From Acidobacteriota bacterium (GTDB lineage Bacteria; Acidobacteriota; Thermoanaerobaculia; Gp7-AA8), in the NCBI GenBank assembly GCA_019244185.1, contig JAFATB010000005.1, positions 96,001 through 160,000 on the forward strand: a stretch of DNA of 64,000 bases, written 5' to 3'. Shown piece by piece: positions 61,407 to 64,000 of this stretch. The position numbers and the translations under genes are program-made. Numbering within the stretch: position 1 is the first letter of the stretch; every line of letters begins with the position of its first letter. Below the pieces are notes generated by a model. It was not told the origin of the DNA, ran no database searches, and saw nothing but the letters and a program-made list of their open reading frames with translations.

Positions 61407-63569
61407 TTACTTGCGTACGGCGCGTCGCCGCGGCGGCGCAGGCGCCTGCGTCGACTTCCACGCGCGCAGCAACGCGCGCAGCGCCTCGGGCGCGTTCTGC
61501 GGCGGCGGCGCGCCGAGCTGGTCGTGCGTGTTGACGCCGTGGCACGCGCCGCAGACGCGCACCTCGCCCGGCTGGAACGTGAGCCAGTAGCGCTCGCGCA
61601 CGACGGGCGTTCCCGCGGGATCCGTCAGTTGCCAGCTCATCGCACGATGCGCGGGCACGAACGCGGCGACGGAGCCGTCGGCGGCGACCTGCACGCTGCC
61701 CGCCGGTCCCGACGTCGGCGCGTTCTTCACCGCCGGATCGTGCATCGGCCGCGCGAGCACGCGGCGTCCCGCGCGCGGCGAGGCCGTGCCGCCGAGGCCG
61801 CGGAGTTGATCGGCCTGGAAGAGTTGAAGGTGCGCGACGTCGAAAATCTTCGACGTGCCGGTGATCTTCTGCGTCGCGCTTCCGGTGACGCGCAGGTTGT
61901 ACGGCTGCTGCTTGTCGGCGAGGTCGCGCGCGGTGACGTTGCGGCTGACGATGACCGCGAGATCGTGTTGCGCGAGGCTGGCGCGGAACGCCGCGGGATC
62001 GACGCCTTCCTCGCGGAAGACGCGCGCCTCCGGCTCTTCGAGCGGCGTCGTGCGCCGCGCGGGCCGCGGACGCGCGCGCACTTCGACGGGGCTGAGCTCC
62101 CACATCGTGCCCGACCACGTCACGAGCTCGTCGGGATCCCAGTACGAAACGTTGCCCTGGATTCCCGACGTGAGCGTCTCGCCGGGAACGTACGTGCCGC
62201 CCTGCGCGGCGAGCGTGCGGATCCGGAACGCGTAACGCGACTGCGGCGCCGTGCGCGTGCCGTCGTTCGCGTCCGCGCGCATCTCGCTCGTCTGCACGGC
62301 GAGCAGCGTGCCGTCGGTGAGCGGCAGCGGTTCGCGGTAGTGTCCCGTCGCGTCGGCGGGCGGCGTGCCGTCCGCAAAGTCGCGCGTCGAGCGCGGCGTG
62401 ATGTACTCGACCGCGATGCGATCGGCGGGCAGCGACGGCGGCGCGCTGAAGCGCACGATCTGTCCCGCCGCGTGCGTGTAGAACTCCGGCGCGTCGACGC
62501 CGAAGTAGACGCCGGGATGCGCCGGGTCTTCGCGCAGCTGCAACAGGTTCTCGACGACGTTCGCGTTCGCGCGGTCGACGTTGACGTCGTAGAACTCGGA
62601 GAGCCCCGCGTCGTTCATGCTGCGATCGAAGTACGAGAACAGCTCGTGGCGTCCGACGTGGTTCAGCGTCTCTTCCGACGTGCCGTCTTCGTTGATCTCC
62701 CACGGAAAGAAGTGGTTGATGCTGACGCCCTGCAGGTTCGTGCCGTTGAGCAGGTCCGTGCGGCTGCTGCGCGGCTCGGGAAAGACTTCGACGCGGTCAT
62801 TGAGACGCGCGGCGTTCGCCGATTCGTCGGCGTAGTCGAACGTACCGTACGAGCCGCCTTCGACCGCGTCGCTGTCCGCCTGCTGGTCGCGCTGCAGATG
62901 GTCCCAGCGCGTGAAGACGATGCGTCCGAAGCTGTCGATGGACGGCGAGAAAAGGCCCGACGGCGCGTGATTCAGCATGCGCAGGTCGCCGGTCTCGGGA
63001 TCAAGGCTCCAGAGTCCCGTGACCGTCGGCGCTTCCTCGTATTCATCGAGCTGCGGATAGAGATGCGCCTCGCCGCCGCGCGGTCGATCGGAGGTGAAGA
63101 GAATGCGATCGTCGGTGCCGTAAAACGGACTGACGTTGTTGTACTCGGCGGGCTGGTTCGCAATCTTATGAATCGCCGGCGTGTCGTGCTCGCCGAGTCC
63201 CGTGATCTCGTAGATCTGCCAGCGATACGTTTCCCAGACGTAGCGGCGCGTCGGTGCGCCGATGACCATGCTGAAGAGCGCCTTCGTGCCGCTCCAGTGC
63301 ACCGACGGCTCGCGCACCGCGATCGACGTCGCGCCCTGCATGCCGTCGCCGCCGAACCCCGCCGCGCGCGTGAGGTTCTTCAGCGTTCCGTCGGGATAGC
63401 GGATCCACAGATCGCCGCCGCGCGGCGCCTCCGCCACCGCCGCGTTCTGATTCCCGAACGTCGACGCAACGGCCGTGAAGTCCCCAGGCACCGGCACCTG
63501 CGTCACGAACAGAATCGGATTGCGCAGCTGCACGGCAGCTACGACCGCGGCCAACAACAAAGCATGCAT
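61407..63569 (-). CDS. Secreted beta-propeller protein resembling hydrazine synthase alpha-like domains, with a C-terminal c-type heme motif and RRRAVRK tail
   Basis: Signal-like start MHALLLAAVVAA; GRIVFTRWDH; ADGSVAAFVPA...FQPGEVRVCGACH. Confidence 0.75.
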   Translation of the reverse strand: MHALLLAAVVAAVQLRNPILFVTQVPVPGDFTAVASTFGNQNAAVAEAPRGGDLWIRYPDGTLKNLTRAAGFGGDGMQGATSIAVREPSVHWSGTKALFSMVIGAPTRRYVWETYRWQIYEITGLGEHDTPAIHKIANQPAEYNNVSPFYGTDDRILFTSDRPRGGEAHLYPQLDEYEEAPTVTGLWSLDPETGDLRMLNHAPSGLFSPSIDSFGRIVFTRWDHLQRDQQADSDAVEGGSYGTFDYADESANAARLNDRVEVFPEPRSSRTDLLNGTNLQGVSINHFFPWEINEDGTSEETLNHVGRHELFSYFDRSMNDAGLSEFYDVNVDRANANVVENLLQLREDPAHPGVYFGVDAPEFYTHAAGQIVRFSAPPSLPADRIAVEYITPRSTRDFADGTPPADATGHYREPLPLTDGTLLAVQTSEMRADANDGTRTAPQSRYAFRIRTLAAQGGTYVPGETLTSGIQGNVSYWDPDELVTWSGTMWELSPVEVRARPRPARRTTPLEEPEARVFREEGVDPAAFRASLAQHDLAVIVSRNVTARDLADKQQPYNLRVTGSATQKITGTSKIFDVAHLQLFQADQLRGLGGTASPRAGRRVLARPMHDPAVKNAPTSGPAGSVQVAADGSVAAFVPAHRAMSWQLTDPAGTPVVRERYWLTFQPGEVRVCGACHGVNTHDQLGAPPPQNAPEALRALLRAWKSTQAPAPPRRRAVRK

Positions 63570-63602
63570 ATGCGCGGCATTATCGGGCGTGCCGTGCACG
63601 AA

Positions 63603-63639
63603 CGGACGTGCGTTGGATCACGCGTCCAACGCACGTCCG
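63603..63639. repeat. Perfect 15-bp hairpin (possible terminator or REP-like element)
   Basis: CGGACGTGCGTTGGA-N7-TCCAACGCACGTCCG, 10 nt past the stop at 63650. Confidence 0.7.
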
Positions 63640-63649
63640 AAGCAACCGC

Positions 63650-64000
63650 TCACTGCCCGCCCTGGAAGAGGGTCGCCAGTTTGTTGATCTGGAAGAGGAA
63701 GCCCGCGAAGATGCGGATGTCGTCGGGGCCGCGCCCCGCGTTGATGTGGAGCCCCACGTAAAACGGAATCGCATCCCCGCCGAAACCCGGGAACCTCGTG
63801 CCCGCGTCAACCACAATGCGATTCGCGTCCCGCTCGTTCGCAAACTGTTCGAAGCGCCCGTATGAGAGCTCGACAAAGCGGAGGGGCACGATGTTCTCGA
63901 CATCGGTTTCCGCAGTTTCAGCTGCGGTCTGATGCTGCGTGAATCGGAAGCCGATCTGTGCTCGGTAAATCGTCGTATCGCCGTTGGCCTCCTGCTTCTG
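63650..64000 (-). CDS. Hypothetical protein, C-terminal part (starts beyond window)
   Basis: Frame open from 64000 to the stop at 63650; alternating beta-strand-like pattern. Confidence 0.6.
   Translation of the reverse strand, partial: QKQEANGDTTIYRAQIGFRFTQHQTAAETAETDVENIVPLRFVELSYGRFEQFANERDANRIVVDAGTRFPGFGGDAIPFYVGLHINAGRGPDDIRIFAGFLFQINKLATLFQGGQ

Noticed and set aside
61407-63569. Evidence of anammox metabolism
   Set aside because: Single distant domain resemblance with no hzsB/C or hao genes nearby.

Overview
A gene-dense, GC-rich bacterial chromosomal window with about 60 CDS. I found no rRNA, tRNA, CRISPR array or transposase. The protein styles suggest Acidobacteriota, possibly Thermoanaerobaculia-like (inference only). 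Ordinary content: tricorn and M2 peptidases, a MoxR-DUF58-Bat operon, rsmA, a NitT/TauT-type ABC operon, Fur/PerR-ahpC-ahpD with a palindromic operator, a glycosyltransferase/radical SAM trio, an Ior-type molybdoenzyme, ftsK, a B12 acyl-CoA mutase and folE. Main highlights: (1) a compositionally distinct five-gene island (21514-27975) encoding an ECF-type sigma factor, a zinc anti-sigma/TM/TPR/CHAT caspase-like fusion with an intact His-Cys dyad, an unknown protein, a papain-like protease and a partner protein, with a shared promoter-like motif in front of both downstream units; (2) an ABC substrate-binding gene whose reading frame continues through an in-frame TGA in a U-x-x-x-C context (candidate selenoprotein); (3) a recurrent terminal R/K-R/H-R-A-V motif on unrelated secreted proteins; (4) heptamer repeats that build a signal peptide, two related large palindromic elements, two small ORFs missed by the track, and many apparently leaderless genes. 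All calls come from reading motifs by eye; no searches were run.
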